From the NCBI RefSeq assembly GCF_009914755.1, contig NC_060932.1: a DNA stretch of 64,000 bases, one strand, 5' to 3'. This document shows, in pieces, positions 23,401 to 38,400 of the stretch. The translations under genes and the position numbers were made by a program. This DNA is from the human T2T-CHM13v2.0 reference genome, Homo sapiens. Position 1 is the stretch's first letter. Every line of letters starts with the position of its first letter. The notes beneath the pieces were generated by a model. The model made no database searches, was not told where the DNA came from, and saw nothing but the letters and a program-made list of their open reading frames with translations.

Positions 23401-26400
23401 ATGAATGCGAGATAGAAGTAATCTCAGAAACATGTTTATGCTGTATCTACTCAACTAACTGTGCTGAACATTTCTATTGATAGAGCAGTTTTGAGACACT
23501 CTTCTTTTGGAATCTGCAAGTGGATATTTGGATAGATTTGAGGATTTCGTTGGAAACGGGATTATATATAAAAAGTAGACAGCAGCATTCTCAGAAACTT
23601 CTTTGTGATGTTTGCATCCAGCTCTCAGAGTTGAACATTCCCTTTCATAGAGTAGGTTTGAAACCCTCTTTTTATAGTGTCTGGAAGCGGGCATTTGGAG
23701 CGCTTTCAGGCCTATGCTGAAAAAGGAAATATCTACCTATAGAAACTAGACAGAAGCATTCTGAGAATCACGTTTGTGATGTGGGTACTCAACTAACAGT
23801 GTTGATCCATTCTTTTGATACAGCAGTTTTGAACCACACTTTTTGTAGAATCTGCAAGTGGATATTTGGATAGCTGTGAGGATTTCGTTGGAAACGGGAA
23901 TGTCTTCATAGAAAATTTAGACAGAAGCATTCTCAGAACCTTGATTGTGATGTGTGTTCTCCACTAACAGAGTTGAACCTTTCTTTTGACAGAACTGTTC
24001 TGAAACATTCTTGTTATAGAATCTGGAAGTGGATATTTGGAAAGCTTTGAGGATTTCGTTGGAAACGGGAATATCTTCAAATCAAATCTAGCCAGAAGCA
24101 TTCTAAGAAACATCTTAGGGATGTTTACATTCAAGTCACAGAGTTGAACATTCCCTTTCACAGAGCAGGTTTGAAACAATCTTCTCGTACTATCTGGCAG
24201 TGGACATTTTGAGCTCCTTGGGGCCTATGCTGAAAAAGGAAATATCTTCCGACAAAAACTAGACAGAAGCATTCGCAGAATCACGTTTGTGATGTGTGCA
24301 CTCAACTGTCAGAATTGAACCTTGGTTTGGACAGAGCACTTTTGAAACACTCTTTTTGTAGAATCTGCAGGTGGATATTTGGCTAGCTTTGAGGATTTCG
24401 TTGGAAACGGTAATGTCTTCAAAGAAAATCTAGACAGAAGCATTCTCAGAAACACCTTCGTGATGTTTGCAATCAAGTCACAGAGTTGAACCTTCCGTTT
24501 CATAGAGCAGGTTGGAAACACTCTTTTTGTAGTATCTGGAAGTGGACATTTGGAGGGCTTTGTAGCCTATCTGGAAAAAGGAAATATCTTCCCATGAATG
24601 CGAGATAGAAGTAATCTCAGAAACATGTTTATGCTGTATCTACTCAACTAACTGTGCTGAACATTTCTATTGATAGAGCAGTTTTGAGACACTCTTCTTT
24701 TGGAATCTGCAAGTGGATATTTGGATAGATTTGAGGATTTCGTTGGAAACGGGATTATATATAAAAAGTAGACAGCAGCATTCTCAGAAACTTCTTTGTG
24801 ATGTTTGCATCCAGCTCTCAGAGTTGAACATTCCCTTTCATAGAGTAGGTTTGAAACCCTCTTTTTATAGTGTCTGGAAGCGGGCATTTGGAGCGCTTTC
24901 GGGCCTATGCTGAAAAAGGAAATATCTACCTATAGAAACTAGACAGAAGCATTCTGAGAATCACGTTTGTGATGTGGGTACTCAACTAACAGTGTTGATC
25001 CATTCTTTTGATACAGCAGTTTTGAACCACACTTTTTGTAGAATCTGCAAGTGGATATTTGGATAGCTGTGAGGATTTCGTTGGAAACGGGAATGTCTTC
25101 ATAGAAAATTTAGACAGAAGCATTCTCAGAACCTTGATTGTGATGTGTGTTCTCCACTAACAGAGTTGAACCTTTCTTTTGACAGAACTGTTCTGAAACA
25201 TTCTTTTTATAGAATCTGGAAGTGGATATTTGGAAAGCTTTGAGGATTTCGTTGGAAACGGGAATATCTTCAAATCAAATCTAGCCAGAAGCATTCTAAG
25301 AAACATCTTAGGGATGTTTACATTCAAGTCACAGAGTTGAACATTCCCTTTCACAGAGCAGGTTTGAAACAATCTTCTCGTACTATCTGGCAGTGGACAT
25401 TTTGAGCTCCTTGGGGCCTATGCTGAAAAAGGAAATATCTTCCGACAAAAACTAGACAGAAGCATTCGCAGAATCACGTTTGTGATGTGTGCACTCAACT
25501 GTCAGAATTGAACCTTGGTTTGGACAGAGCACTTTTGAAACACTCTTTTTGTAGAATCTGCAGGTGGATATTTGGCTAGCTTTGAGGATTTCGTTGGAAA
25601 CGGTAATGTCTTCAAAGAAAATCTAGACAGAAGCATTCTCAGAAACACCTTCGTGATGTTTGCAATCAAGTCACAGAGTTGAACCTTCCGTTTCATAGAG
25701 CAGGTTGGAAACACTCTTTTTGTAGTATCTGGAAGTGGACATTTGGAGGGCTTTGTAGCCTATGTGGAAAAAGGAAATATCTTCCCATGAATGCGAGATA
25801 GAAGTAATCTCAGAAACATGTTTATGCTGTATCTACTCAACTAACTGTGCTGAACATTTCTATTGATAGAGCAGTTTTGAGACACTCTTCTTTTGGAATC
25901 TGCAAGTGGATATTTGGATAGATTTGAGGATTTCGTTGGAAACGGGATTATATATCAAAAGTAGACAGCAGCATTCTCAGAAACTTCTTTGTGATGTTTG
26001 CATCCAGCTCTCAGAGTTGAACATTCCCTTTCATAGAGTAGGTTTGAAACCCTCTTTTTATAGTGTCTGGAAGCGGGCATTTGGAGCGCTTTCAGGCCTA
26101 TGCTGAAAAGGAAATATCTACCTATGGAAACTAGACAGAAGCATTCTGAGAATCACGTTTGTGATGTGGGTACTCAACTAACAGTGTTCATCCATTCTTT
26201 TGATACAGCAGTTTTGAACCACACTTTTTGTAGAATCTGCAAGTGGATATTTGGATAGCTGTGAGGATTTCGTTGGAAACGGGAATGTCTTCATAGAAAA
26301 TTTAGACAGAAGCATTCTCAGAACCTTGATTGTGAAGTGTGTTCTCCACTAACAGAGTTGAACCTTTCTTTTGACAGAACTGTTCTGAAACATTCTTGTT

Positions 26401-29400
26401 ATAGAATCTGGAAGTGGATATTTGGAAAGCTTTGAGGATTTCGTTGGAAACGGGAATATCTTCAAATCAAATCTAGCCAGAAGCATTCTAAGAAACATCT
26501 TAGGGATGTTTACATTCAAGTCACAGAGTTGAACATTCCCTTTCACAGAGCAGGTTTGAAACAATCTTCTCGTACTATCTGGCAGTGGACATTTTGAGCT
26601 CCTTGGGGCCTATGCTGAAAAAGGAAATATCTTCCGACAAAAACTAGACAGAAGCATTCGCAGAATCACGTTTGTGATGTGTGCACTCAACTGTCAGAAT
26701 TGAACCTTGGTTTGGACAGAGCACTTTTGAAACACTCTTTTTGTAGAATCTGCAGGTGGATATTTGGCTAGCTTTGAGGATTTCGTTGGAAACGGTAATG
26801 TCTTCAAAGAAAATCTAGACAGAAGCATTCTCAGAAACACCTTCGTGATGTTTGCAATCAAGTCACAGAGTTGAACCTTCCGTTTCATAGAGCAGGTTGG
26901 AAACACTCTTTTTGTAGTATCTGGAAGTGGACATTTGGAGGGCTTTGTAGCCTATGTGGAAAAAGGAAATATCTTCCCATGAATGCGAGATAGAAGTAAT
27001 CTCAGAAACATGTTTATGCTGTATCTACTCAACTAACTGTGCTGAACATTTCTATTGATAGAGCAGTTTTGAGACACTCTTCTTTTGGAATCTGCAAGTG
27101 GATATTTGGATAGATTTGAGGATTTCGTTGGAAACGGGATTATATATAAAAAGTAGACAGCAGCATTCTCAGAAACTTCTTTGTGATGTTTGCATCCAGC
27201 TCTCAGAGTTGAACATTCCCTTTCATAGAGTAGGTTTGAAACCCTCTTTTTATAGTGTCTGGAAGCGGGCATTTGGAGCGCTTTCAGGCCTATGCTGAAA
27301 AAGGAAATATCTACCTATAGAAACTAGACAGAAGCATTCTGAGAATCACGTTTGTGATGTGGGTACTCAACTAACAGTGTTGATCCATTCTTTTGATACA
27401 GCAGTTTTGAACCACACTTTTTGTAGAATCTGCAAGTGGATATTTGGATAGCTGTGAGGATTTCGTTGGAAACGGGAATGTCTTCATAGAAAATTTAGAC
27501 AGAAGCATTCTCAGAACCTTGATTGTGATGTGTGTTCTCCACTAACAGAGTTGAACCTTTCTTTTGACAGAACTGTTCTGAAACATTCTTGTTATAGAAT
27601 CTGGAAGTGGATATTTGGAAAGCTTTGAGGATTTCGTTGGAAACGGGAATATCTTCAAATCAAATCTAGCCAGAAGCATTCTAAGAAACATCTTAGGGAT
27701 GTTTACATTCAAGTCACAGAGTTGAACATTCCCTTTCACAGAGCAGGTTTGAAACAATCTTCTCGTACTATCTGGCAGTGGACATTTTGAGCTCCTTGGG
27801 GCCTATGCTGAAAAAGGAAATATCTTCCGACAAAAACTAGACAGAAGCATTCGCAGAATCACGTTTGTGATGTGTGCACTCAACTGTCAGAATTGAACCT
27901 TGGTTTGGACAGAGCACTTTTGAAACACTCTTTTTGTAGAATCTGCAGGTGGATATTTGGCTAGCTTTGAGGATTTCGTTGGAAACGGTAATGTCTTCAA
28001 AGAAAATCTAGACAGAAGCATTCTCAGAAACACCTTCGTGATGTTTGCAATCAAGTCACAGAGTTGAACCTTCCGTTTCATAGAGCAGGTTGGAAACACT
28101 CTTTTTGTAGTATCTGGAAGTGGACATTTGGAGGGCTTTGTAGCCTATCTGGAAAAAGGAAATATCTTCCCATGAATGCGAGATAGAAGTAATCTCAGAA
28201 ACATGTTTATGCTGTATCTACTCAACTAACTGTGCTGAACATTTCTATTGATAGAGCAGTTTTGAGACACTCTTCTTTTGGAATCTGCAAGTGGATATTT
28301 GGATAGATTTGAGGATTTCGTTGGAAACGGGATTATATATAAAAAGTAGACAGCAGCATTCTCAGAAACTTCTTTGTGATGTTTGCATCCAGCTCTCAGA
28401 GTTGAACATTCCCTTTCATAGAGTAGGTTTGAAACCCTCTTTTTATAGTGTCTGGAAGCGGGCATTTGGAGCGCTTTCAGGCCTATGCTGAAAAAGGAAA
28501 TATCTACCTATAGAAACTAGACAGAAGCATTCTGAGAATCACGTTTGTGATGTGGGTACTCAACTAACAGTGTTGATCCATTCTTTTGATACAGCAGTTT
28601 TGAACCACACTTTTTGTAGAATCTGCAAGTGGATATTTGGATAGCTGTGAGGATTTCGTTGGAAACGGGAATGTCTTCATAGAAAATTTAGACAGAAGCA
28701 TTCTCAGAACCTTGATTGTGATGTGTGTTCTCCACTAACAGAGTTGAACCTTTCTTTTGACAGAACTGTTCTGAAACATTCTTTTTATAGAATCTGGAAG
28801 TGGATATTTGGAAAGCTTTGAGGATTTCGTTGGAAACGGGAATATCTTCAAATAAAATCTAGCCAGAAGCATTCTAAGAAACATCTTAGGGATGTTTACA
28901 TTCAAGTCACAGAGTTGAACATTCCCTTTCACAGAGCAGGTTTGAAACAATCTTCTCGTACTATCTGGCAGTGGACATTTTGAGCTCCTTGGGGCCTATG
29001 CTGAAAAAGGAAATATCTTCCGACAAAAACTAGACAGAAGCATTCGCAGAATCACGTTTGTGATGTGTGCACTCAACTGTCAGAATTGAACCTTGGTTTG
29101 GACAGAGCACTTTTGAAACACTCTTTTTGTAGAATCTGCAGGTGGATATTTGGCTAGCTTTGAGGATTTCGTTGGAAACGGTAATGTCTTCAAAGAAAAT
29201 CTAGACAGAAGCATTCTCAGAAACACCTTCGTGATGTTTGCAATCAAGTCACAGAGTTGAACCTTCCGTTTCATAGAGCAGGTTGGAAACACTCTTTTTG
29301 TAGTATCTGGAAGTGGACATTTGGAGGGCTTTGTAGCCTATGTGGAAAAAGGAAATATCTTCCCATGAATGCGAGATAGAAGTAATCTCAGAAACATGTT

Positions 29401-32400
29401 TATGCTGTATCTACTCAACTAACTGTGCTGAACATTTCTATTGATAGAGCAGTTTTGAGACACTCTTCTTTTGGAATCTGCAAGTGGATATTTGGATAGA
29501 TTTGAGGATTTCGTTGGAAACGGGATTATATATCAAAAGTAGACAGCAGCATTCTCAGAAACTTCTTTGTGATGTTTGCATCCAGCTCTCAGTGTTGAAC
29601 ATTCCCTTTCATAGAGTAGGTTTGAAACCCTCTTTTTATAGTGTCTGGAAGCGGGCATTTGGAGCGCTTTCAGGCCTATGCTGAAAAAGGAAATATCTAC
29701 CTATAGAAACTAGACAGAAGCATTCTGAGAATCACGTTTGTGATGTGGGTACTCAACTAACAGTGTTGATCCATTCTTTTGATACAGCAGTTTTGAACCA
29801 CACTTTTTGTAGAATCTGCAAGTGGATATTTGGATAGCTGTGAGGATTTCGTTGGAAACGGGAATGTCTTCATAGAAAATTTAGACAGAAGCATTCTCAG
29901 AACCTTGATTGTGATGTGTGTTCTCCACTAACAGAGTTGAACCTTTCTTTTGACAGAACTGTTCTGAAACATTCTTTTTATAGAATCTGGAAGTGGATAT
30001 TTGGAAAGCTTTGAGGATTTCGTTGGAAACGGGAATATCTTCAAATCAAATCTAGCCAGAAGCATTCTAAGAAACATCTTAGGGATGTTTACATTCAAGT
30101 CACAGAGTTGAACATTCCCTTTCACAGAGCAGGTTTGAAACAATCTTCTCGTACTATCTGGCAGTGGACATTTTGAGCTCCTTGGGGCCTATGCTGAAAA
30201 AGGAAATATCTTCCGACAAAAACTAGACAGAAGCATTCGCAGAATCACGTTTGTGATGTGTGCACTCAACTGTCAGAATTGAACCTTGGTTTGGACAGAG
30301 CACTTTTGAAACACTCTTTTTGTAGAATATGCAGGTGGATATTTGGCTAGCTTTGAGGATTTCGTTGGAAACGGTAATGTCTTCAAAGAAAATCTAGACA
30401 GAAGCATTCTCAGAAACACCTTCGTGATGTTTGCAATCAAGTCACAGAGTTGAACCTTCCGTTTCATAGAGCAGGTTGGAAACACTCTTTTTGTAGTATC
30501 TGGAAGTGGACATTTGGAGGGCTTTGTAGCCTATCTGGAAAAAGGAAATATCTTCCCATGAATGCGAGATAGAAGTAATCTCAGAAACATGTTTATGCTG
30601 TATCTACTCAACTAACTGTGCTGAACATTTCTATTGATAGAGCAGTTTTGAGACACTCTTCTTTTGGAATCTGCAAGTGGATATTTGGATAGATTTGAGG
30701 ATTTCGTTGGAAACGGGATTATATATCAAAAGTAGACAGCAGCATTCTCAGAAACTTCTTTGTGATGTTTGCATCCAGCTCTCAGAGTTGAACATTCCCT
30801 TTCATAGAGTAGGTTTGAAACCCTCTTTTTATAGTGTCTGGAAGCGGGCATTTGGAGCGCTTTCAGGCCTATGCTGAAAAAGGAAATATCTACCTATAGA
30901 AACTAGACAGAAGCATTCTGAGAATCACGTTTGTGATGTGGGTACTCAACTAACAGTGTTGATCCATTCTTTTGATACAGCAGTTTTGAACCACACTTTT
31001 TGTAGAATCTGCAAGTGGATATTTGGATAGCTGTGAGGATTTCGTTGGAAACGGGAATGTCTTCATAGAAAATTTAGACAGAAGCATTCTCAGAACCTTG
31101 ATTGTGAAGTGTGTTCTCCACTAACAGAGTTGAACCTTTCTTTTGACAGAACTGTTCTGAAACATTCTTTTTATAGAATCTGGAAGTGGATATTTGGAAA
31201 GCTTTGAGGATTTCGTTGGAAACGGGAATATCTTCAAATCAAATCTAGCCAGAAGCATTCTAAGAAACATCTTAGGGATGTTTACATTCAAGTCACAGAG
31301 TTGAACATTCCCTTTCACAGAGCAGGTTTGAAACAATCTTCTCGTACTATCTGGCAGTGGACATTTTGAGCTCCTTGGGGCCTATGCTGAAAAAGGAAAT
31401 ATCTTCCGACAAAAACTAGACAGAAGCATTCGCAGAATCACGTTTGTGATGTGTGCACTCAACTGTCAGAATTGAACCTTGGTTTGGACAGAGCACTTTT
31501 GAAACACTCTTTTTGTAGAATCTGCAGGTGGATATTTAGCTAGCTTTGAGGATTTCGTTGGAAACGGTAATGTCTTCAAAGAAAATCTAGACAGAAGCAT
31601 TCTCAGAAACACCTTCGTGATGTTTGCAATCAAGTCACAGAGTTGAACCTTCCGTTTCATAGAGCAGGTTGGAAACACTCTTTTTGTAGTATCTGGAAGT
31701 GGACATTTGGAGGGCTTTGTAGCCTATCTGGAAAAAGGAAATATCTTCCCATGAATGCGAGATAGAAGTAATCTCAGAAACATGTTTATGCTGTATCTAC
31801 TCAACTAACTGTGCTGAACATTTCTATTGATAGAGCAGTTTTGAGACACTCTTCTTTTGGAATCTGCAAGTGGATATTTGGATAGATTTGAGGATTTCGT
31901 TGGAAACGGGATTATATATCAAAAGTAGACAGCAGCATTCTCAGAAACTTCTTTGTGATGTTTGCATCCAGCTCTCAGAGTTGAACATTCCCTTTCATAG
32001 AGTAGGTTTGAAACCCTCTTTTTATAGTGTCTGGAAGCGGGCATTTGGAGCGCTTTCAGGCCTATGCTGAAAAAGGAAATATCTACCTATAGAAACTAGA
32101 CAGAAGCATTCTGAGAATCACGTTTGTGATGTGGGTACTCAACTAACAGTGTTGATCCATTCTTTTGATACAGCAGTTTTGAACCACACTTTTTGTAGAA
32201 TCTGCAAGTGGATATTTGGATAGCTGTGAGGATTTCGTTGGAAACGGGAATGTCTTCATAGAAAATTTAGACAGAAGCATTCTCAGAACCTTGATTGTGA
32301 TGTGTGTTCTCCACTAACAGAGTTGAACCTTTCTTTTGACAGAACTGTTCTGAAACATTCTTGTTATAGAATCTGGAAGTGGATATTTGGAAAGCTTTGA

Positions 32401-35400
32401 GGATTTCGTTGGAAACGGGAATATCTTCAAATCAAATCTAGCCAGAAGCATTCTAAGAAACATCTTAGGGATGTTTACATTCAAGTCACAGAGTTGAACA
32501 TTCCCTTTCACAGAGCAGGTTTGAAACAATCTTCTCGTACTATCTGGCAGTGGACATTTTGAGCTCCTTGGGGCCTATGCTGAAAAAGGAAATATCTTCC
32601 GACAAAAACTAGACAGAAGCATTCGCAGAATCACGTTTGTGATGTGTGCACTCAACTGTCAGAATTGAACCTTGGTTTGGACAGAGCACTTTTGAAACAC
32701 TCTTTTTGTAGAATCTGCAGGTGGATATTTGGCTAGCTTTGAGGATTTCGTTGGAAACGGTAATGTCTTCAAAGAAAATCTAGACAGAAGCATTCTCAGA
32801 AACACCTTCGTGATGTTTGCAATCAAGTCACAGAGTTGAACCTTCCGTTTCATAGAGCAGGTTGGAAACACTCTTTTTGTAGTATCTGGAAGTGGACATT
32901 TGGAGGGCTTTGTAGCCTATCTGGAAAAAGGAAATATCTTCCCATGAATGCGAGATAGAAGTAATCTCAGAAACATGTTTATGCTGTATCTACTCAACTA
33001 ACTGTGCTGAACATTTCTATTGATAGAGCAGTTTTGAGACACTCTTCTTTTGGAATCTGCAAGTGGATATTTGGATAGATTTGAGGATTTCGTTGGAAAC
33101 GGGATTATATATAAAAAGTAGACAGCAGCATTCTCAGAAACTTCTTTGTGATGTTTGCATCCAGCTCTCAGAGTTGAACATTCCCTTTCATAGAGTAGGT
33201 TTGAAACCCTCTTTTTATAGTGTCTGGAAGCGGGCATTTGGAGCGCTTTCAGGCCTATGCTGAAAAAGGAAATATCTACCTATAGAAACTAGACAGAAGC
33301 ATTCTGAGAATCACGTTTGTGATGTGGGTACTCAACTAACAGTGTTGATCCATTCTTTTGATACAGCAGTTTTGAACCACACTTTTTGTAGAATCTGCAA
33401 GTGGATATTTGGATAGCTGTGAGGATTTCGTTGGAAACGGGAATGTCTTCATAGAAAATTTAGACAGAAGCATTCTCAGAACCTTGATTGTGAAGTGTGT
33501 TCTCCACTAACAGAGTTGAACCTTTCTTTTGACAGAACTGTTCTGAAACATTCTTTTTATAGAATCTGGAAGTGGATATTTGGAAAGCTTTGAGGATTTC
33601 GTTGGAAACGGGAATATCTTCAAATCAAATCTAGCCAGAAGCATTCTAAGAAACATCTTAGGGATGTTTACATTCAAGTCACAGAGTTGAACATTCCCTT
33701 TCACAGAGCAGGTTTGAAACAATCTTCTCGTACTATCTGGCAGTGGACATTTTGAGCTCCTTGGGGCCTATGCTGAAAAAGGAAATATCTTCCGACAAAA
33801 ACTAGACAGAAGCATTCGCAGAATCACGTTTGTGATGTGTGCACTCAACTGTCAGAATTGAACCTTGGTTTGGACAGAGCACTTTTGAAACACTCTTTTT
33901 GTAGAATCTGCAGGTGGATATTTGGCTAGCTTTGAGGATTTCGTTGGAAACGGTAATGTCTTCAAAGAAAATCTAGACAGAAGCATTCTCAGAAACACCT
34001 TCGTGATGTTTGCAATCAAGTCACAGAGTTGAACCTTCCGTTTCATAGAGCAGGTTGGAAACACTCTTTTTGTAGTATCTGGAAGTGGACATTTGGAGGG
34101 CTTTGTAGCCTATCTGGAAAAAGGAAATATCTTCCCATGAATGCGAGATAGAAGTAATCTCAGAAACATGTTTATGCTGTATCTACTCAACTAACTGTGC
34201 TGAACATTTCTATTGATAGAGCAGTTTTGAGACACTCTTCTTTTGGAATCTGCAAGTGGATATTTGGATAGATTTGAGGATTTCGTTGGAAACGGGATTA
34301 TATATAAAAAGTAGACAGCAGCATTCTCAGAAACTTCTTTGTGATGTTTGCATCCAGCTCTCAGAGTTGAACATTCCCTTTCATAGAGTAGGTTTGAAAC
34401 CCTCTTTTTATAGTGTCTGGAAGCGGGCATTTGGAGCGCTTTCAGGCCTATGCTGAAAAAGGAAATATCTACCTATAGAAACTAGACAGAAGCATTCTGA
34501 GAATCACGTTTGTGATGTGGGTACTCAACTAACAGTGTTGATCCATTCTTTTGATACAGCAGTTTTGAACCACACTTTTTGTAGAATCTGCAAGTGGATA
34601 TTTGGATAGCTGTGAGGATTTCGTTGGAAACGGGAATGTCTTCATAGAAAATTTAGACAGAAGCATTCTCAGAACCTTGATTGTGATGTGTGTTCTCCAC
34701 TAACAGAGTTGAACCTTTCTTTTGACAGAACTGTTCTGAAACATTCTTTTTATAGAATCTGGAAGTGGATATTTGGAAAGCTTTGAGGATTTCGTTGGAA
34801 ACGGGAATATCTTCAAATAAAATCTAGCCAGAAGCATTCCAAGAAACATCTTAGGGATGTTTACATTCAAGTCACAGAGTTGAACATTCCCTTTCACAGA
34901 GCAGGTTTGAAACAATCTTCTCGTACTATCTGGCAGTGGACATTTTGAGCTCCTTGGGGCCTATGCTGAAAAAGGAAATATCTTCCGACAAAAACTAGAC
35001 AGAAGCATTCGCAGAATCACGTTTGTGATGTGTGCACTCAACTGTCAGAATTGAACCTTGGTTTGGACAGAGCACTTTTGAAACACTCTTTTTGTAGAAT
35101 CTGCAGGTGGATATTTAGCTAGCTTTGAGGATTTCGTTGGAAACGGTAATGTCTTCAAAGAAAATCTAGACAGAAGCATTCTCAGAAACACCTTCGTGAT
35201 GTTTGCAATCAAGTCACAGAGTTGAACCTTCCATTTCATAGAGCAGGTTGGAAACACTCTTTTTGTAGTATCTGGAAGTGGACATTTGGAGGGCTTTGTA
35301 GCCTATCTGGAAAAAGGAAATATCTTCCCATGAATGCGAGATAGAAGTAATCTCAGAAACATGTTTATGCTGTATCTACTCAACTAACTGTGCTGAACAT

Positions 35401-38400
35401 TTCTATTGATAGAGCAGTTTTGAGACACTCTTCTTTTGGAATCTGCAAGTGGATATTTGGATAGATTTGAGGATTTCGTTGGAAACGGGATTATATATCA
35501 AAAGTAGACAGCAGCATTCTCAGAAACTTCTTTGTGATGTTTGCATCCAGCTCTCAGAGTTGAACATTCCCTTTCATAGAGTAGGTTTGAAACCCTCTTT
35601 TTATAGTGTCTGGAAGCGGGCATTTGGAGCGCTTTCGGGCCTATGCTGAAAAAGGAAATATCTACCTATAGAAACTAGACAGAAGCATTCTGAGAATCAC
35701 GTTTGTGATGTGGGTACTCAACTAACAGTGTTGATCCATTCTTTTGATACAGCAGTTTTGAACCACACTTTTTGTAGAATCTGCAAGTGGATATTTGGAT
35801 AGCTGTGAGGATTTCGTTGGAAACGGGAATGTCTTCATAGAAAATTTAGACAGAAGCATTCTCAGAACCTTGATTGTGATGTGTGTTCTCCACTAACAGA
35901 GTTGAACCTTTCTTTTGACAGAACTGTTATGAAACATTCTTTTTATAGAATCTGGAAGTGGATATTTGGAAAGCTTTGAGGATTTCGTTGGAAACGGGAA
36001 TATCTTCAAATCAAATCTAGCCAGAAGCATTCTAAGAAACATCTTAGGGATGTTTACATTCAAGTCACAGAGTTGAACATTCCCTTTCACAGAGCAGGTT
36101 TGAAACAATCTTCTCGTACTATCTGGCAGTGGACATTTTGAGCTCCTTGGGGCCTATGCTGAAAAAGGAAATATCTTCCGACAAAAACTAGACAGAAGCA
36201 TTCGCAGAATCACGTTTGTGATGTGTGCACTCAACTGTCAGAATTGAACCTTGGTTTGGACAGAGCACTTTTGAAACACTCTTTTTGTAGAATCTGCAGG
36301 TGGATATTTGGCTAGCTTTGAGGATTTCGTTGGAAACGGTAATGTCTTCAAAGAAAATCTAGACAGAAGCATTCTCAGAAACACCTTCGTGATGTTTGCA
36401 ATCAAGTCACAGAGTTGAACCTTCCGTTTCATAGAGCAGGTTGGAAACACTCTTTTTGTAGTATCTGGAAGTGGACATTTGGAGGGCTTTGTAGCCTATG
36501 TGGAAAAAGGAAATATCTTCCCATGAATGCGAGATAGAAGTAATCTCAGAAACATGTTTATGCTGTATCTACTCAACTAACTGTGCTGAACATTTCTATT
36601 GATAGAGCAGTTTTGAGACACTCTTCTTTTGGAATCTGCAAGTGGATATTTGGATAGATTTGAGGATTTCGTTGGAAACGGGATTATATATCAAAAGTAG
36701 ACAGCAGCATTCTCAGAAACTTCTTTGTGATGTTTGCATCCAGCTCTCAGAGTTGAACATTCCCTTTCATAGAGTAGGTTTGAAACCCTCTTTTTATAGT
36801 GTCTGGAAGCGGGCATTTGGAGCGCTTTCAGGCCTATGCTGAAAAAGGAAATATCTACCTATGGAAACTAGACAGAAGCATTCTGAGAATCACGTTTGTG
36901 ATGTGGGTACTCAACTAACAGTGTTGATCCATTCTTTTGATACAGCAGTTTTGAACCACACTTTTTGTAGAATCTGCAAGTGGATATTTGGATAGCTGTG
37001 AGGATTTCGTTGGAAACGGGAATGTCTTCATAGAAAATTTAGACAGAAGCATTCTCAGAACCTTGATTGTGATGTGTGTTCTCCACTAACAGAGTTGAAC
37101 CTTTCTTTTGACAGAACTGTTCTGAAACATTCTTGTTATAGAATCTGGAAGTGGATATTTGGAAAGCTTTGAGGATTTCGTTGGAAACGGGAATATCTTC
37201 AAATCAAATCTAGCCAGAAGCATTCTAAGAAACATCTTAGGGATGTTTACATTCAAGTCACAGAGTTGAACATTCCCTTTCACAGAGCAGGTTTGAAACA
37301 ATCTTCTCGTACTATCTGGCAGTGGACATTTTGAGCTCCTTGGGGCCTATGCTGAAAAAGGAAATATCTTCCGACAAAAACTAGACAGAAGCATTCGCAG
37401 AATCACGTTTGTGATGTGTGCACTCAACTGTCAGAATTGAACCTTGGTTTGGACAGAGCACTTTTGAAACACTCTTTTTGTAGAATCTGCAGGTGGATAT
37501 TTGGCTAGCTTTGAGGATTTCGTTGGAAACGGTAATGTCTTCAAAGAAAATCTAGACAGAAGCATTCTCAGAAACACCTTCGTGATGTTTGCAATCAAGT
37601 CACAGAGTTGAACCTTCCGTTTCATAGAGCAGGTTGGAAACACTCTTTTTGTAGTATCTGGAAGTGGACATTTGGAGGGCTTTGTAGCCTATCTGGAAAA
37701 AGGAAATATCTTCCCATGAATGCGAGATAGAAGTAATCTCAGAAACATGTTTATGCTGTATCTACTCAACTAACTGTGCTGAACATTTCTATTGATAGAG
37801 CAGTTTTGAGACACTCTTCTTTTGGAATCTGCAAGTGGATATTTGGATAGATTTGAGGATTTCGTTGGAAACGGGATTATATATCAAAAGTAGACAGCAG
37901 CATTCTCAGAAACTTCTTTGTGATGTTTGCATCCAGCTCTCAGAGTTGAACATTCCCTTTCATAGAGTAGGTTTGAAACCCTCTTTTTATAGTGTCTGGA
38001 AGCGGGCATTTGGAGCGCTTTCAGGCCTATGCTGAATAAGGAAATATCTACCTATAGAAACTAGACAGAAGCATTCTGAGAATCACGTTTGTGATGTGGG
38101 TACTCAACTAACAGTGTTGATCCATTCTTTTGATACAGCAGTTTTGAACCACACTTTTTGTAGAATCTGCAAGTGGATATTTGGATAGCTGTGAGGATTT
38201 CGTTGGAAACGGGAATGTCTTCATAGAAAATTTAGACAGAAGCATTCTCAGAACCTTGATTGTGATGTGTGTTCTCCACTAACAGAGTTGAACCTTTCTT
38301 TTGACAGAACTGTTCTGAAACATTCTTTTTATAGAATCTGGAAGTGGATATTTGGAAAGCTTTGAGGATTTCGTTGGAAACGGGAATATCTTCAAATCAA

